Shown piece after piece: positions 62,801 to 64,000 of a stretch of DNA of 64,000 nt. The notes beneath the pieces are model-generated. The model was not told the DNA's origin and made no database searches. It saw nothing but the letters and a program-made list of their open reading frames with translations. The stretch's first letter is position 1; each line of letters begins with the position of its first letter. Position numbers and translations under genes: made by a program. The stretch comes from Pavona decussata. Its lineage: Eukaryota. The stretch is from contig CDRNST010000191.1 in NCBI GenBank assembly GCA_977016875.1, positions 1,054,001 to 1,118,000 on the forward strand, in the 5' to 3' direction.

Positions 62801-64000
62801 GATAACCTAAAACCCTTCTGTGTTTTCTAGTCTACATTTTCCCCAAATCAGTCATTCCATCAGTTTTCTTTCTCTCTAGCTCAGTTTTTTTTTCATTGTT
62901 ATATCGGATGGAAAACTCAGTTAGTTCAACTGAAAACTAATCCATTTTAGAGCATGAAATGGAAATCATCGTGCAAGAATGCCGAAGAATAGACACAGCT
63001 TTTTATAGTTACTGTTTCAGGTCAAAGGTTTACAAACAATTTTGGATTAATTAACTCAGATTACATAAACCATTGAAAAAATGTTAAATGCTCTTGTTCG
63101 ATAATAATCTATAGGCGGATTAACCCGGCTTGAAACACCAGTTTCCGGAGGTTTTGCATTCTATCGCAAACGAAGGTTGGTCCGCACAAGGCACCTTACG
63201 GCACTGAAAGGGATCAGCGAGGATTCTGCGTTCGCGTGTGTTGGCATGCCAGCATAACGTAACTAAGGATTGGAGTCACGGTTTTGCTCTTTTATAATGG
63301 TATGAAATGGTCTCGTCTTATCAGTTGTAGGATGAAAAAATTGAGAAGATTAAAATGGATCCAATGAATCTCAAGATGAAAGCAATTTAGGTCAATGCAA
63401 TTTGCGTGAAAGCTTTTTAAAACCTCGTTCCAAATGTTTTTCTTCAGTATCGAATTTTAAAAACCGGCTGATAAATGCAATTTGCAGAAGTTCGACTTGA
63501 GCTCTCCAATTCCACTGGCATTGGCCACTGATCAACGTGTCGCTTTTCAGCCAATGTTTTCGGATTGGATGTGTGTATAATACTGTAATTTTAAATTTAA
63601 TGCACCTGAACCAGATTCAGGCAACTTTAAATTTCAAGTTTGAAGACGCATTCCGTGACATTTACCATCGCAAATGCAAAGCAGAAACTGGAGGGGGGCA
63701 CAAGAGCCCAGGGTGAGCTACCTTATTGGTCATTCATAAATAGGGTTTGAACTTGCCACTGATAGATAGACACTATATAATTAAATATTTTTGGTTTTCT
63801 TCACTGCTAGCCGCCAAGTCATTTTTAGCCGGTTAGTCGATTGTATGAGGCTGCGTTGATCCGGATGCCGATCTTACACAGAATCTAACAATCTAGGGAG
63901 CAGGCAAAACTTGCGTGGTCTCAGCGAGGTGTATGGTCCAGGTCTCTCAAAAATCCAGCAGTTAATAAACAAAGAAGTACTTGACCAAAAGATTGACCTT

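Overview
Eukaryotic, AT-rich, intron-containing genomic DNA. It is most likely from a marine invertebrate, probably a stony coral (inferred from the SINE/MITE/satellite types, not proven). Main contents: (1) An apparently intact 8.0-kb cut-and-paste DNA transposon at 712-8735. It has bipartite imperfect TIRs (5'-CAGGAG...CTCCTG-3') and a perfect 7-bp target-site duplication, GTTTCCC. It carries two convergent genes: an 8-exon, ~1118-aa P-element-superfamily transposase whose last ~200 aa resemble a Cys-Asp-His (herpes-tegument/C76-like) deubiquitinase domain, and an intronless 448-aa ORF that resembles the C-terminal domain normally found at the end of P/THAP9 transposases. This is the best candidate for an undescribed system. 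(2) A divergently oriented cluster of five intact intronless class A GPCR genes plus one pseudogene (10-31 kb). They lack the canonical TM3 Cys, have almost no ECL2 and carry an NFxxY motif. (3) An orphan 192-aa ORF at 35 kb. (4) An 8-exon, ~1064-aa rootletin-like gene (38.4-47.6 kb, minus strand) matching only the C-terminal half of rootletin. (5) Many MITEs, SINEs, LINE fragments, a ~100-bp satellite and an assembly gap. All domain assignments are by-eye motif recognition; no database searches were run.
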